The notes under the pieces were generated by a model that ran no database searches, was not told the origin of the DNA, and saw only the letters and a list, made by a program, of their open reading frames with translations. DNA of 63,305 nt, the filler included, from Phoronis australis (taxonomy: Eukaryota > Animalia > Phoronida), in assembly GCA_002633005.1 (NCBI GenBank). It is 8 parts of 8 records of this genome, joined end to end, with 100 filler letters (N's around TTAATTAATTAA, not from the genome) between each part and the next. Parts side by side here need not be neighbours in the genome. Positions count along the whole stretch, not along the records: positions 30,650 to 40,997 come from NMRA01000347.1; positions 41,098 to 43,968 come from NMRA01003356.1; positions 44,069 to 54,870 come from NMRA01001419.1; 5 more parts are not named here. The stretch is one strand, 5' to 3'. The position numbers and the translations under genes were made by a program. This document shows, piece after piece, positions 39,957 to 52,200 of the stretch. The number at the start of each line of letters is the position of its first letter. Position 1 is the first letter of the stretch.

Positions 39957-40997
39957 TATTTTCACAAAATTTGGTACAATATAGGCACGAGACGACGGTA
40001 TCCTCCCGTTTTCGGATGGATTCGACGTAGTTTGCGCCAGCTAGTGGCTATTTTAACTGTTTTCGAGTCTGTTTATTAGTGTCCACCCCTCTATCAACCA
40101 AAAAGGTCTAAGCACGATTGTGAAAATTGGCATGTATGTTCTTACTATGGAAAGGTTGACGATGACTTTCCGACGACTTGGACTACTGTGGCCTGTCCTA
40201 GTGGCACTTTTGTTTTTTTTTGCGCCCATGGGGCTATACAATGTATCTCCTAAACCGTTTGCAAGATCTTTACTAAATTTAGCAAGTGCATTTAAACGAT
40301 GATGACAACGGACGATGACGACTTTCGGACAGTTCTGATTACTGGTTGTCCACCTAGTGGCAATTTCATTTTTTGCGTTTACCTCTGTTCTTGAAAGGTC
40401 CTCAACGTATTTTCATAAAATTTGGTACTGAGGTGACGCTATTTTTCCGTTTTCAGATGGATTCGACCTAGTTTGCGCCACCTAGTGACCATAATTACTG
40501 TTTTGAGTCTGTTGTTGGCGTCCACCGCTCTATCCACGGGCGGATACAGGATTTTGAGTTAGGGGGGCCAGGACACAAGAATAACCAGAATTTCGGCATA
40601 TGCGCTAAATTTTGGGGTTGCTGGGTCTCGAAGTTTGGGTTTGCGGACATGTTGACTAAAAAAAAACGGTAAACGGGGTTTGTTCAGGGCCTATGCATTG
40701 TTTATTCACTTTACTCACCCCCCGAGCCCCCTTGGTTGTGCTCATGTGCTAGTCAGCAATTCGCATCCGAACTCCCGAATGGTACAATGTATCTGGTACA
40801 ATTTTAGGGGGGCATGGTCCCCTTGGCCCCACCCCTAAATCCGCCACTGCTATCAAACAAACCGCTTTCAGGATAATTGTGAAAATTGGCATGTTTGTTT
40901 TTACTATGAAGTGACGGGTGGCGATTTTCTGACTTCGACTACTGTGGCGCCTCCTAGTGGCAGATTCGTTCTTTTCGCCCATGGCTCTATCTCCTAA
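39957..40997 (+). repeat. Near-identical copy of 35177-36210, including the MITE at 40535-40849 with perfect TSD CTATC; possibly an uncollapsed haplotype
   Basis: Only scattered substitutions relative to the first copy; bounded by a single N at 39956 and a gap. Confidence 0.85.
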
Positions 40998-41097
40998 NNN
41001 NNNNNNNNNNNNNNNNNNNNNNNNNNNNNNNNNNNNNNNNNTTAATTAATTAANNNNNNNNNNNNNNNNNNNNNNNNNNNNNNNNNNNNNNNNNNNN

Positions 41098-41126
<29 letters not shown>
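41098..41126. repeat. (TA)n microsatellite at a gap edge
   Basis: Directly visible. Confidence 0.9.
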
Positions 41127-41128
<2 letters not shown>

Positions 41129-42140
41129 TCTGGTACTAAAGCACCGCTCCCTGCATCGATGCATCCTTGTTCACCACAAACCAAGGTGGTTCTGCGAAAT
41201 CTAATTTTCTCGCTACGCAGTATGTAGGAGGATAAGGTATTTTGCTGGAAATGTGAAATAATTTAAAACCGGCCACTTTTTGTGAATTACTAGGTTTGGT
41301 ATATCCTTAAAGCGTCCCTACAATGGATTTTTACACTTTGTGAGGTTTTAGAACGTGTATAACAATATTTTAATATAAAATCGGGCTTAAAAAGCACTTA
41401 CAATACTTTGAGAAATAATTAGGAATTCCAAATTGTAAAGAAAAAATAACGATTTTTGGTTTCCCGCAACGTGATGTCATCAGTGGTAAGCGTTGATCGG
41501 TTGACAGTGTATGTGCAAAAGCGATTAGCATTGATTTTGTCAGTTACATGCATTGAGGTGGGGGTGAAGACGACATTTTCTTATAACTAGTACATACATT
41601 TACATGCCAATGCAATTTGTGTGCCAATGTCCTCATTTCGTCTTGGCGCCTATTCGATCATTTGAAATCCTCTGGCCATACTGTAGGTATGTCGCCACTG
41701 CATCGAGGTTGGCTATATCAACTAATTCTCCTTCGCTGTCACTGCCCCTGCTCAGACATGATTACTCATTCGCAAACGTTTCACCTTCTCGTCTTTTATT
41801 CCAAACCTGACACTTTTTTGAAACTTTTTAATGCTGTCCGTATAATTCAGCCTCTCTATAGTGGACCTAATTCTCCACAGGAGTCGTTTGTTTTTTCTGT
41901 TTGTCATAACCCAGTCCGTGACGACTGCTAATGGATAATAAGACACGCTATCATACTCCAGTCTCTACTCTCACCAAACCACAGGGAACAGGCAGTTCAT
42001 CGTACTAAGATTTCTTGGAAATGCTAATCGGAAGACAAGAGAAACTTCTATTCTTACCTTCGATGAAAAGTGTGTCTAAAAATATGTTCAGTATTCCTTT
42101 CTCAAAAAAAATCTCTTGCCCCTGTAAAGAAGGGTGCTNG

Positions 42141-43170
42141 CACTTACGTCATTATTCACTGGCGACACCTGGCTAAATTTTCTGGTGCAATTTCCGGCAG
42201 GTACGTCGTCTGCTTTTCATGGTCGGCTACTGTGTGGCCGGTTGTTCGGTCACACACGCGAAATGCAAAGGAATTAGCTTCCATACCATCTGAAGACCCC
42301 ATAATCGGCTGTGGGAAGAAAACCTTGCTTCGTGTGTCAAAGTGAATGGCAGTTGTTTCAGCAATAAGACTTTATACATTTGTTCAAGGCACTTCGAAGA
42401 TCAATGTTTTTAAGAGACTCTACTATTTAATCCTGTCTTCACAACTCCATTTTTGTTTTCTCCGTTTTAATGAAAACTATCTGGTAAAATTTTTGACGAA
42501 AATTATCCGCTAAATTTCTTCCAAAGGTAGTGACTCGTAAACTCTTGCCCTTACAAGGAAGTTCAGCCATAGCCTATTGAGCGAATTAACCAAATTACTC
42601 TTTGCTGGTCCTGATCAGACGGTTGCTCTCAGCAGAATACGCACATTTGGCCAGGATTTGGATCAGCGATTTCAACAAATTCACATTCGTGTACAAATAC
42701 GTGTAAATAGAACGCTGGTAAAACCTTTAACATAAACAACGATTACATTAATACTTCATATATAACCACCCGGACCAGTCAAAATCTATCTCGCAATTCA
42801 ACAGCAGGTTACACACTCATTTCATGTCGAATATATGCCGCACAAAATCTCTCAACTGCTGTCTATGAAAATGCAACCAACTTCTTTGAAAACATGGAAC
42901 AGGAACACCAGAGGGGTGTAAAGGTTGTTTTTATTCTTCAATGTTAAATTTTTTGTAAGCGGACATATGGTTTTTTAAATTCCCGTCTTAAGTCCTACTA
43001 TTTCTAAACTTAAGCCTTTCAAACGAACGTTTATAACGAAAACAAAATTCTTCAACCAGTTTTGTAAAGTCCTATGCCACCTTTAGGGTACATAATAAGC
43101 CAATCCCACTCCTAATGTAACAAAAGGGGCCCGTGCATAAAGGATACTAAGTATTGTCATTCGGAAATAT
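42141..43170 (+). mobile_element. THAP-relic element, copy 2
   Basis: Colinear but clearly diverged from 12252-13336. Confidence 0.7.
42219..42413 (+). pseudogene. THAP domain relic, copy 2
   Basis: MVGYCVAGCSVTHAKCKGISFHTI*RPHNRLWEENLASCVKVNGSCFSNKTLYICSRHFEDQCF*. Confidence 0.8.
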
Positions 43171-43330
43171 TACCGTATGCGCCCTAATAAGCGACCACGG
43201 CGCTTAGAAAAATCCGCTTCAGGAAGGGGACGCTGAAACCCGGTCTCCGAAACAGGTGAACTTGTAAGCTATGAACAGAGTTTCTACAAAACTGCAGTGC
43301 ATTGCTATCAAACTTTGTTGTCAACTTACG
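43171..43330 (+). mobile_element. End of a pogo/Tc2-like element; related end at ~52497-52720
   Basis: TA|CCGTATGCGCCCTAATAAGCG terminus; shares CGCTTAGAAAAAT and GTGCATTGCTAT with the 52.5-kb region. Confidence 0.45.
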
Positions 43331-44088
43331 AGCATTTTTCAGAAAATACCACTGCCAAAAATTGCCCTGAATCAGGTTTCAAGCTCCTCAGCTTGGTTTA
43401 ACTATATATTAATAAACCATAAAAATGGTTCCAAGTGATCAGTGCAATGCCTGCGCACGTCTACTAAATGTGTATCATGCAGCGCCTGATTTAAACAAAG
43501 GTCTGTTTTTTAATTTTGGTCCGGTATAAATAACGCCACTGACCTGGAAATCCAACGAAACACTTCTACATTACAAATCTGACAATCCCTAGTCTCAGAA
43601 AATTTGAGCACCCGGCAAAAGATACTAATGATGAAATTCTGGTGATGATAATCACCCACTTTGTTTATTTACTTCACCTCAATTTGAAATACTTGGTAAA
43701 ATGAACCCCATTCGAGTAAGCATCATGTGGGTCCCAATGCCAACCCAATATATGATAGAACCAAACAAGCTCAAGTTGCAGTCAAATCAGGATGGGCATA
43801 ATTAAGGAAATTTACTGTATCAACAGATTGGCCAAATCAGAATAAGATACAAAGTGTTGCTACAGTGCACACGTGCACGATACTTGGTCTGTTATTTTCC
43901 CGCCGTAAATGCATGAACCAATCAGATCACCAATGGCGCAAAGTTTTCGAAAACAGCTCGACTTTTAGNNNNNNNNNNNNNNNNNNNNNNNNNNNNNNNN
44001 NNNNNNNNNNNNTTAATTAATTAANNNNNNNNNNNNNNNNNNNNNNNNNNNNNNNNNNNNNNNNNNNNTTGCTCTGCCAAGTCCATAC

Positions 44089-47000
44089 TTGCGCTCTTCA
44101 AGAACGTTTGCTATGTCGGAAATGTTGATAAATCTTATGTTATTTCCCATCCCACAGTCCATGACAACATTGGTCGTGGACCTTATTTCTCGCCGCTGTT
44201 GTCCGAGCGTACCAAGCAAGATTACTAAAACATCTGTATCTGAAGCCCTTACCCTAACATGACCGATTGGAATGTTTGCGACGTAGAACGCAATCAGCGT
44301 ATCCGCTTCCTCGTGGTCACCTTGGAGATGGGCAGGCTTTGTCACCATGATTTGCTGGTTATTGTCGGTAAAGAACTGGTAGCAGTCACCACCGTGGGAA
44401 ACAAATAAGGTTTTCCCATGAAACATATGCCAATAATTGTCTTTTCTCCATTCCGTCAAAAGGAACTTCGCCAGTTCATTCTTGAACGCGCTGTTGTTCA
44501 GAAGTGTTTGTGAGCTCCGTTGCATAGTATGCCTGTTATGGCATACATGGAATTAAAGTCCCCGCGATGTTTCCGTTCATTGTTCTTAATTGAGTTTTCT
44601 ACGTACTTGTCTCGACACAAGTGTGCTTCCTCTGCCCTCCCCGAACAAACCACTGTTAACATCGATCGTGCAAATGATTCGTAAGTTGCACCTATTCTCG
44701 TCTGTGAGATGACTGAATGTAGAAGAAGTCCACCATCAAATACCTTCACGTAGTCGTGTAGAAAATGTCCATCTGTTATAGGTTCTGTCTGGAACAATTC
44801 AATTTTTTTCAGCAAAGCAGACTTTTCTGTTTTGACGAGCGCTCCATCGCAGTGAGCAAGTGCTAATGGATAAGGTGCGACAGGATGTGAGATCAGAAGT
44901 TGTCGAAGATCGAAGTCTGCCCTCTCTGCTACAACTACGACTATGCGTATGAACAAATCTCTTAGACTCTCTGCGGTTGTCTTGTTTCTCTGGGAGGCCG
45001 ATGACTTGGCTTTATTCTTCACGCTTTCAGCAGGGAAATTTTGGACAGCTGTACGTTTAACTGGTCGCAGAAACCTACTGTTGTCATTTTCCCATTCCTG
45101 ATGGAATTTTCCCCTCGCATCATGGTCTCGGCTCAGCGCATTGGTCCGGTTGCTTGGGATGCTGCTTGGCCAGTTGCGATATTAACCAGACCTGGTGGAG
45201 CATTGTTCTCAAACGGATTGCAGAAATTGTCGATTTTGACACTGAGTGATGCCATCTTTTGCTTATCTTTTTTTATTCTTGAAGGACTGCACTGACTCTT
45301 TGCATTCTCCCCGATTTCATGTCCTGCAACTGTTCTAAGTTCAGTTACAGCCATTGCCCTTTGTGTCCTAGAGAGGAACCATCGACGCATTGCATTCTCT
45401 GAGTTGCGGAAAGCCATTATCCCTGACATGCTCGATGCTGCATCCCTGTTGACGGACTGTTCCAAAGAGAGGTCAACAGTCGATCTACTGAAGTTGTTCT
45501 TAGTACGTCGCATTGAAAACGCTCCGTTTTCCAGCACTTCGCGCAATTTTTGGTCTGCAAATTTCAATTAAAGCAAGGTTCCCCATCTGGCGTAGCTTGG
45601 GCGGTTCAGGGCAAAGAATACCTCTAGCATTGTCGGGGAAAATTTTGATATAACCACTGACGTCATTTGTCTTGACGCATCTCTGGAGTTCTCTGTGCGC
45701 ACGGTTTATGAGAAAGATGTAGGTTGCCCAAAACTGAGCAGTTTTGCCATATTTGCCATTAATCACTGTGTGAAAGAAATCTTGTTCATACTGATGGAGG
45801 TGCTGAGTAATTACAGGATCATCAAGGTTTGCCTCTATTTGTTCTGGATCTGAAGGGACTGCGGTCATAACCGTAAGGAACGATTCATATTCTTCCGGAG
45901 CCAAGTCATGCAGACATTTTTGGTACATCTTGCCCTCCAAAACGTTAGCAAGAAGCTCGTGAACCCGAGTGCACCTGTTATAGAATTTTCCTTTAATGAA
46001 GCCCATGATAGACCCTTCTGCTAAGATACCAGTCTCTGAAAGTAGGAACTCTATGCCACTTCCATTTGTCATGGTTCCCACAGCTCCATAAAAAGCCAGC
46101 TGCGTATTATCAGCAGCTTATCAAACAATGGTCTTTCAAGTTCTTGTATTGCGTAGGCTTTTAAAGCAACTGCCAAGTCATATGTGACAACTACGAAGTC
46201 TTGCCCAGTCTCTCTGGCTACATACATTGTGCGGATCATAGTTTCTTAAACAACATTGTTGTTGGTTGGTGATTTTGAAATGGGGTCCATGTAACAGATC
46301 CTTTGAAGGGGCAAGGGGTCCCGTATGTAACTGCTTTAAATCCAGCATGCAGTGGAGTGTTACCTTCCCTTAGTTTCAAAAACCAGTAGAGATCCAACAA
46401 GTTGAGCTGTATGTTCTTGCAGTTTACTTCAGTGCCTCTGACAAGATTGTCACGTGTTTGAGCAGAGTTCATTTTGATATTTGAAAAAGTAACGTCCTTA
46501 AAAGATTTTCTGAATGGCCGCACTTCCCGCTCTACCCCCACAAACTGTCGACGATTCCTTCCTTCTCGAAACAACAGTGCAGCAGAAGCATCTTCCCTTT
46601 CTTATTCCACTGCATTCTGGTAGCTATGGTCAACAGTTGCGAGCAGTGTTGACATGCCATCTAATGCTTCGACGTGTGCGTCATTATTATCCCAAACAGA
46701 GGCAGTGGCTAGATTTGGAAAGAGTCGCGTTCATACGACTCTATGGAATACGCAAACTCAGTCTCAATGCCTTTGCTTTCCTTATAGCCAATGGAATGTC
46801 CTGCTCTGTTTAGAATCTGCAAAGACAGTTTTGAACCTGACAGAGAAGACAGACCAAGTACCAGGGACGTGTGCTTCCACGGCCTCAAATACCACGGGTA
46901 ACGTTGTAAATGACGTCAGATGCCATTGCGGTCACTTTGCGGTCAATGGATTCTCTTTGAGAGTTTGATGTTGTAATGCCACCGAGAAGTGTTCGGTAAA

Positions 47001-47195
47001 ACAGTTCAAGTTGCCGCGGTATCTTTGGTGCACATGATTTCAAATTCTGCACTGTTGTTGGAATAGGCGTCTTTGCAAGATTTGAGACCAAAGATGAAGA
47101 GCAGCCCATCTCTGCCTCCAAATTGGTCTTTGGTCTTCTTAAGGAGATTCTGAGTTGTGTATGCTGAGACATCAGCTTCTGTCCCACCATGGCCA
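44089..47195 (-). pseudogene. Decayed AcademX-type transposase with C-terminal XPG/PIN-like nuclease
   Basis: Frameshifted ORF pieces give VVVTYDLAVALKAYAIQ, GSGIEFLLSETGILAEGSIMGFIKGKFYNRCTRVH, FSRSTVDLSLEQSVNRDA, PLALAHCDG..KTEKS, FDGGLLLH, GDHEEADT and ASDTDV in the expected order; 3' end lost in a gap. Confidence 0.8.
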
Positions 47196-47353
47196 TTTGG
47201 GAACATAGGGACATCTGGGCTGGGAAAACAGTATTCGGGAAAGAATATAGCGCGGGAGAGGATCAGCGCTAGGAAACATAGGCCCGAGAAAATATCAGTT
47301 GCGGAATGTAGAGACGAGGTAACTCAGGGACCGGAAAATATCGATGCGGACCC
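47196..47353. mobile_element. MITE end with ~16-18-bp GGAA(A)CATAG-type subterminal repeats, truncating the Academ ORF
   Basis: GGAACATAGGG, GGAAAACAGT, GAATATAGCG, GGAAACATAGG, GAAAATATCAG, GGAATGTAGAG and GGAAAATATCG recur in series. Confidence 0.45.
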
Positions 47354-48042
47354 AGCGAAACGACGGTCAAAACGAACAGAGCTTTCATTAAAAAAACTGC
47401 ATGTCACAGGGCACATGTGAAGGTCGATTTACCAAGAAAATAGGTTGGGCCTATGACGGGCTTTCTAATTGTAATCCATCCGTTTGAAATCACGCTAGTA
47501 CTACTTGGCAGTCAACACTCATGAACAATTATATTAGAAAAGTACTCACCGATAATGGTCAAGAATCTACCGAAACCTCCGTTTTCAACGCACATGTCAA
47601 ATAGCTCGTCGTGGTTAAGCACGTGTACAACGGAAATGACGGTAGTTGGTGTGCATACATAACGCAGACGGCAGCAAAAGACGCCATTTCGATTATTCCT
47701 CGTTGTAAGAGTTACATCAAATGAGATGTGGATTTGGGTAAAATTCGTCCGAAAACAGGGGGACGTACTTTAGACTGGTAAAACGGGACGGATTTCTATG
47801 TTCTGTTTTTAATTGTGAATTAGAATATATCATGTGGAGTATTCCGTTGTTGTTGCGTAGACTTGTGAGGTCGCTCCAACCGATCAGGCGCGATTTTTCT
47901 GATTTTTCATGCCCTGACATAAATTTGCAGACAAAAATCTCTCACCTTATGTAAAAAGTGCTTGGTTCCTCAACTTGGTGCTTACTCAGCGCAAATAGGC
48001 TTTTATGAATTTTGTTTCTACTCCTGCCATCTCGCTGTCGCA

Positions 48043-48740
48043 CCATGTACAGTGATGCTGAACATCGTGCAATTGGTTATCAAACGGTTACCTGGTGGGT
48101 TGATCTACCTCAACTCGGGTATTTGGGCGTGTCTGGCGGGGCTAACCCACCACTAGATTTGTCTGGCAGTGCTTATTCGTGATACCCGGGGCTACGGTGA
48201 ATATTTTGCAACTGGTTTCGTGCGGTTACCTCTTGGATTGATCTAGCTCAATTTTAGCCCTTTTTGATAATCGTCTGGCAAGGGCACCCCACCGCAGAAA
48301 TTGTCTGGCATCTAACTTTTATGCCATGTTCAGTGATGCTGAACATCGTGCAATTGGTTTCAAGCGGTTACCTGATGGATTGATCTAGCTCAATTCTGGT
48401 ATTTGGGCGTGTCTGGCGGGGGTAACCCACCACTAGATTTGTCTGGCAGTGTTCATTCGTGATACCTGGGCTTATGGTGAAAATTTTGCGACTGGTTTCA
48501 AGCGGTTACCTCTTGGATTGATCTAGCTCAATTTTTGTACCCTGTATATGTTCGTCTGGCGGGTAGTCCCCACCACTGAAATTGTCTGGCAGTGGCCAAT
48601 TTTGATACAGTGGATTACGTAGTAGGTATCCAAGGCAGTTTGAAGTGGTTACCAGAAAAGTTGATCTAGCTCAATTTTCGAGTGTCATTCTCTTGGCTCC
48701 CCGGACCACACCCACCAGAGCGAACCTGCCAGACGGCCAT
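48043..48740. repeat. Higher-order tandem repeat: ~140-bp monomers organised as a 281-bp dimer
   Basis: GGTTACC...TTGATCTA.CTCAA near 48086, 48224, 48366, 48504 and 48647; CCATGT.CAGTGATGCTGAACATCGTGCAATTGG at 48043 and 48324. Confidence 0.85.
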
Positions 48741-48849
48741 TTCCAAGCATCAGGATACCCACAGAGCACTGTGGCACCAAAGAAAATTGGTTACCTTTTC
48801 ATGCCCAAAAAAGCTCTGGGATCCCGGTCTAGAATGGAAATGGGATTAG

Positions 48850-49140
48850 GATGGTGATGATGATGACAATATTGGTGGAGGTTTTGGGGATGGGGACAAT
48901 GATAATGACAATGACGGACATGATGGTGATAATTATAATAATGACGACGACAGTGATAATGATGCTTATGATAACGATGGCGATTATCAAGATGATAATG
49001 AAGACGATGAAAACGAATGTTATAAACATAATGGTGGTTACTAGTACTGATGGTTGTGGTATCAAAGGTGCTAATAATTAGAATGAGGAGAATGGTCATG
49101 CGGAAGATGGTGTTGGTGATGATGTCGATGGGTGATAATT
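48850..49140. repeat. Degenerate (ATG/GAT)n trinucleotide repeat
   Basis: Directly visible; it generates the His-, Ile- and Met-rich spurious ORFs. Confidence 0.85.
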
Positions 49141-49332
49141 GTGAATTTGTTTATGATGGAAGTTTTTGTTGCTTTATTTTCAGGAATTCGTGTTGCGTCA
49201 AACAAAAAAGGGTATAAACTATTTGTCGAGGTCCTAGAAAACACAGTGTTATTAACAGAACAGCAAAAAGCCATGGTAAGAGAAGTTCCGTTTTGCATTC
49301 ATTGTCGAGACTGCACTCTTTTTGAGGTTTAA

Positions 49333-50075
49333 GAACAATTCCATATAAAGACCAGATGGTGGGCTATTTATGCAAAATCCCCAATTTTTTTAAACTTAGC
49401 ACATCAGCTGGCCTTGTCAAAAGAAACCTGATTCTGATTTTTGTAGAGTTTCTGAGTTTTTTTAACCCTTTTTACGACCACTTGGTACTTTTTCTGAAAA
49501 GTACCAAATAAAAGTACTGGGAAGTAGGTGACTTTTTGTCAGCAACAACACATCATCTCTTCACGCTATATAAAAAATAACTACATACAGTGTAGCAGAA
49601 AGAAGAAAAATAACGTACAAGAGAAACTAGTTCGGATGGATTGATTGATTTTTGATGTCCTCCCATTTTAGCCTACAAAAATATCTTTTTCACTGCTTAT
49701 TGTTAAGGCCATTTTTACACATTTTTATCGCTCTCCCAAATCTATATCGGATTCTTTTGGAGCATGAGTTAACTTCCATCGGTTACTGCTGTCTTTGTTC
49801 AGACGAACGCAATAGTAAAAATCTTGTCTCCTTCATAGTTTTTGTGCTGTCAGTTTTTTACATAACTCACACACTTTTCTGACAATCAAAAAATGCAAAC
49901 TATGCCTTTATAGCCAAATAAGTCATATCTCGGTAACCAAAGGTCATTGAGTGCAAATATTGCAGAAGTGTACTTTGGGCCAGCATCCTAACACATGCAC
50001 AAAATATTAGCTCTGTATGAATTTTTTGATTATAAAGTGATTTTTCATTTCATATGTTTTTATATGGCATCATTC
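49333..50075. mobile_element. 743-bp non-autonomous TIR element with TTAA TSD (Kolobok-like ends)
   Basis: TTAA|GAACAATTCCATATAAAGAC ... GTTTTTATATGGCATCATTC|TTAA; TIRs match at 16 of 20 with RR...YY termini. Confidence 0.6.
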
Positions 50076-51045
50076 TTAAGCATTACCGTTTCTCAATGAT
50101 CTAAGATGATTTACTTATTTTTGCGACTTTTCGTTAATCAAATTTATTAAAAATTCACCAACAGGTGACATCTCAGGTATAACAATACACTAGTGGTGAT
50201 AATTTGATTCCTCGAGGCTGGTAGAGGCAAGACTGCTGTGAGATCTAGTTCGCTAGGGTACGTTCACATCCTGCCGTCCTCATGACGTCCTAGCGCCGTC
50301 TCGTTGGCGCCAGAAAAATCTAGACACCTACTGTTTGTGTTAATGCTCTGGACTAATTAATCACTGTTTCTTGGTTAAAAAAACACGTGTTCTACAATTT
50401 CTAGTTTGAAGACAGTCTGCGCAAAAGCCATGAACTCTACGACATTGTCAGGGGAAGCGGTTCGTTAGAACCAATGGATGTATACCAGTGCAAACCGGGG
50501 ACCTTTTCCAAATTGCGAGAAATGATACTTGGAGACAACGAGCGTGCATCTGCATGCCAGTTTAAGATGCCACGGGCTCAGCGGAGTCCAAAGTATCTAA
50601 ATCTTCTCTGGAGAAACGTCGTAGAATAAGTATTTAAGTCTGTTGAACAAGTGAATTCAAGAAAAAGACACTTTGAAGTTCTCCTTTGCATGACTACACT
50701 TTGCATAGACTATGGTAGACGGTCGGGATTGCTTCCCTTTGACAGATACATGTATTTACATGTAAGACAGTACGTTATACTAGACTCGTTTAAGTTTGGT
50801 AATAGTACACGTCCATTATCAATAATGTTTATCGAACCTACGTTATCCTAGACTGGATGAAGTAAATTTCGTAATGGTGCACGTTGTTTTATAAAATCAT
50901 CTAGACCTGTATTGCACGTGCACTGTATGTATTATAGAAATACTTTATTGTAGACTGTTGAAGTAACTGTGGTCACGTTGCACATCTCTGTATCATAAAC
51001 ATAATTCAAAATTATTTTTATCATTTCCGCCATACACAGACGATC

Positions 51046-51231
51046 TTGCACAACAAGGCGGTGCCGATTGGAGACCATTTCAATCTCCCGGATCACACTC
51101 AGTGCAATGGGCTGCCTGATATTCACTTGCGTACAAAACGCGAGGCCGAGTTCATTGCCAGATTCAATACTCACGCCAGAGGTTTAAACAGGGACATACG
51201 TATTCTGTCTCACTACACTACAAGCCTGTAA
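51046..51231 (+). pseudogene. C-terminus of a Penelope-like GIY-YIG endonuclease
   Basis: PIGDHFNLPDH...RTKREAEFIARFNTHARGLNRD fits the HF...RE..(W/F)I..(L/F).T...GLN tail of Penelope-like endonucleases. Confidence 0.75.
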
Positions 51232-51869
51232 CGGATAGAGGTCGGTAGTTGCAAGTCCGCATCGGTATCTTACCCTTCGTACCTTCTCTTAGTTGTGGTG
51301 GCCGATATTATTCCCTTTGCTTATTGTGTATCACCATATGGTCATTTGTTCTACTTCATACAGTACATGTACATGTATGTCTAAGTATTCGACAGGCTGT
51401 GTCATACCCTTGATAAACAACGTTCCTCTCGAAACCTGGGGAGTATTTTAATATATATTTTATTTTCAACGCTCGCCGTTTTATTTTCTTATTTCACAAT
51501 AATGTTTAAGACGATAATGGTGGCGATTACCATGAACCTGATGGTCATTGAATTTTCCAACATTTCGAGAACCTAGTCAATCAGTTTCCTTCCTTTGGGA
51601 AAAGAAGAGTTTGTTATGACTGGTGCTAATCGCGCGTGTTTTCCACCTCAATATGCCAGGGCCAAATAAATTTAGCCCCAAGACCTTGTTTCTAGGTAAG
51701 ACAGTTAAACACAGGCAAACATTCATGCAGAAGGACAGACAAACGTGCTTACTATGGTAACGGTCCTTCTTTTGAATGTCATTTATGACATTGTGAAGCT
51801 ATTTAGTCGCCTGTTGGTTGGGAAACAACAACACAGCATTGAAATGGCTGATTCTTTCAGTACGAGCTA

Positions 51870-52200
51870 ACATTAGGACCTACAGCCTGATTGATGAATA
51901 CGGCTGCCCGAGGAGGGGTGATAAGGTCATCCTGGTCATGTCTCTCGGTTGCTTTGACACAAATCATTCTTCTCCAGACGTGGTGTTGATTGATGCTGGC
52001 CAGTTTCTGTATCATGTCGTCTGGTCAGCCTCCAAAAATACAGGAGATTTGGCGGCAAGCTTTGTTATACGACTAGCCCACTATCCACCCGCTTCAAAAG
52101 AGCAGTTCTGTCTGGCACATATAATCAAGTAACTCCCTGTGCAAAGGATCATAACAGCTCAAGTCGAGGAAAGGCTAAGGAAGTCCCACTAAACTTAAAC
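51870..52200 (+). pseudogene. Second AcademX-type fragment (start of the PIN/XPG region)
   Basis: SLIDEYGCPRRGDKVILVMSLG...PDVVLIDAGQFLYHVVW...GDLAASF, then frameshifted AKDH; corresponds to the PLAL..DG..K..KS..FDGGLLLH block at 44.7-44.9 kb. Confidence 0.6.

Noticed and set aside
41138-42138. Kolobok element with a KolX remnant
   Set aside because: Only a 6-bp inverted match next to an N and a very weak peptide resemblance.
48791-49099. His-rich or hydrophobic membrane proteins
   Set aside because: These are translations of a degenerate (ATG)n microsatellite.
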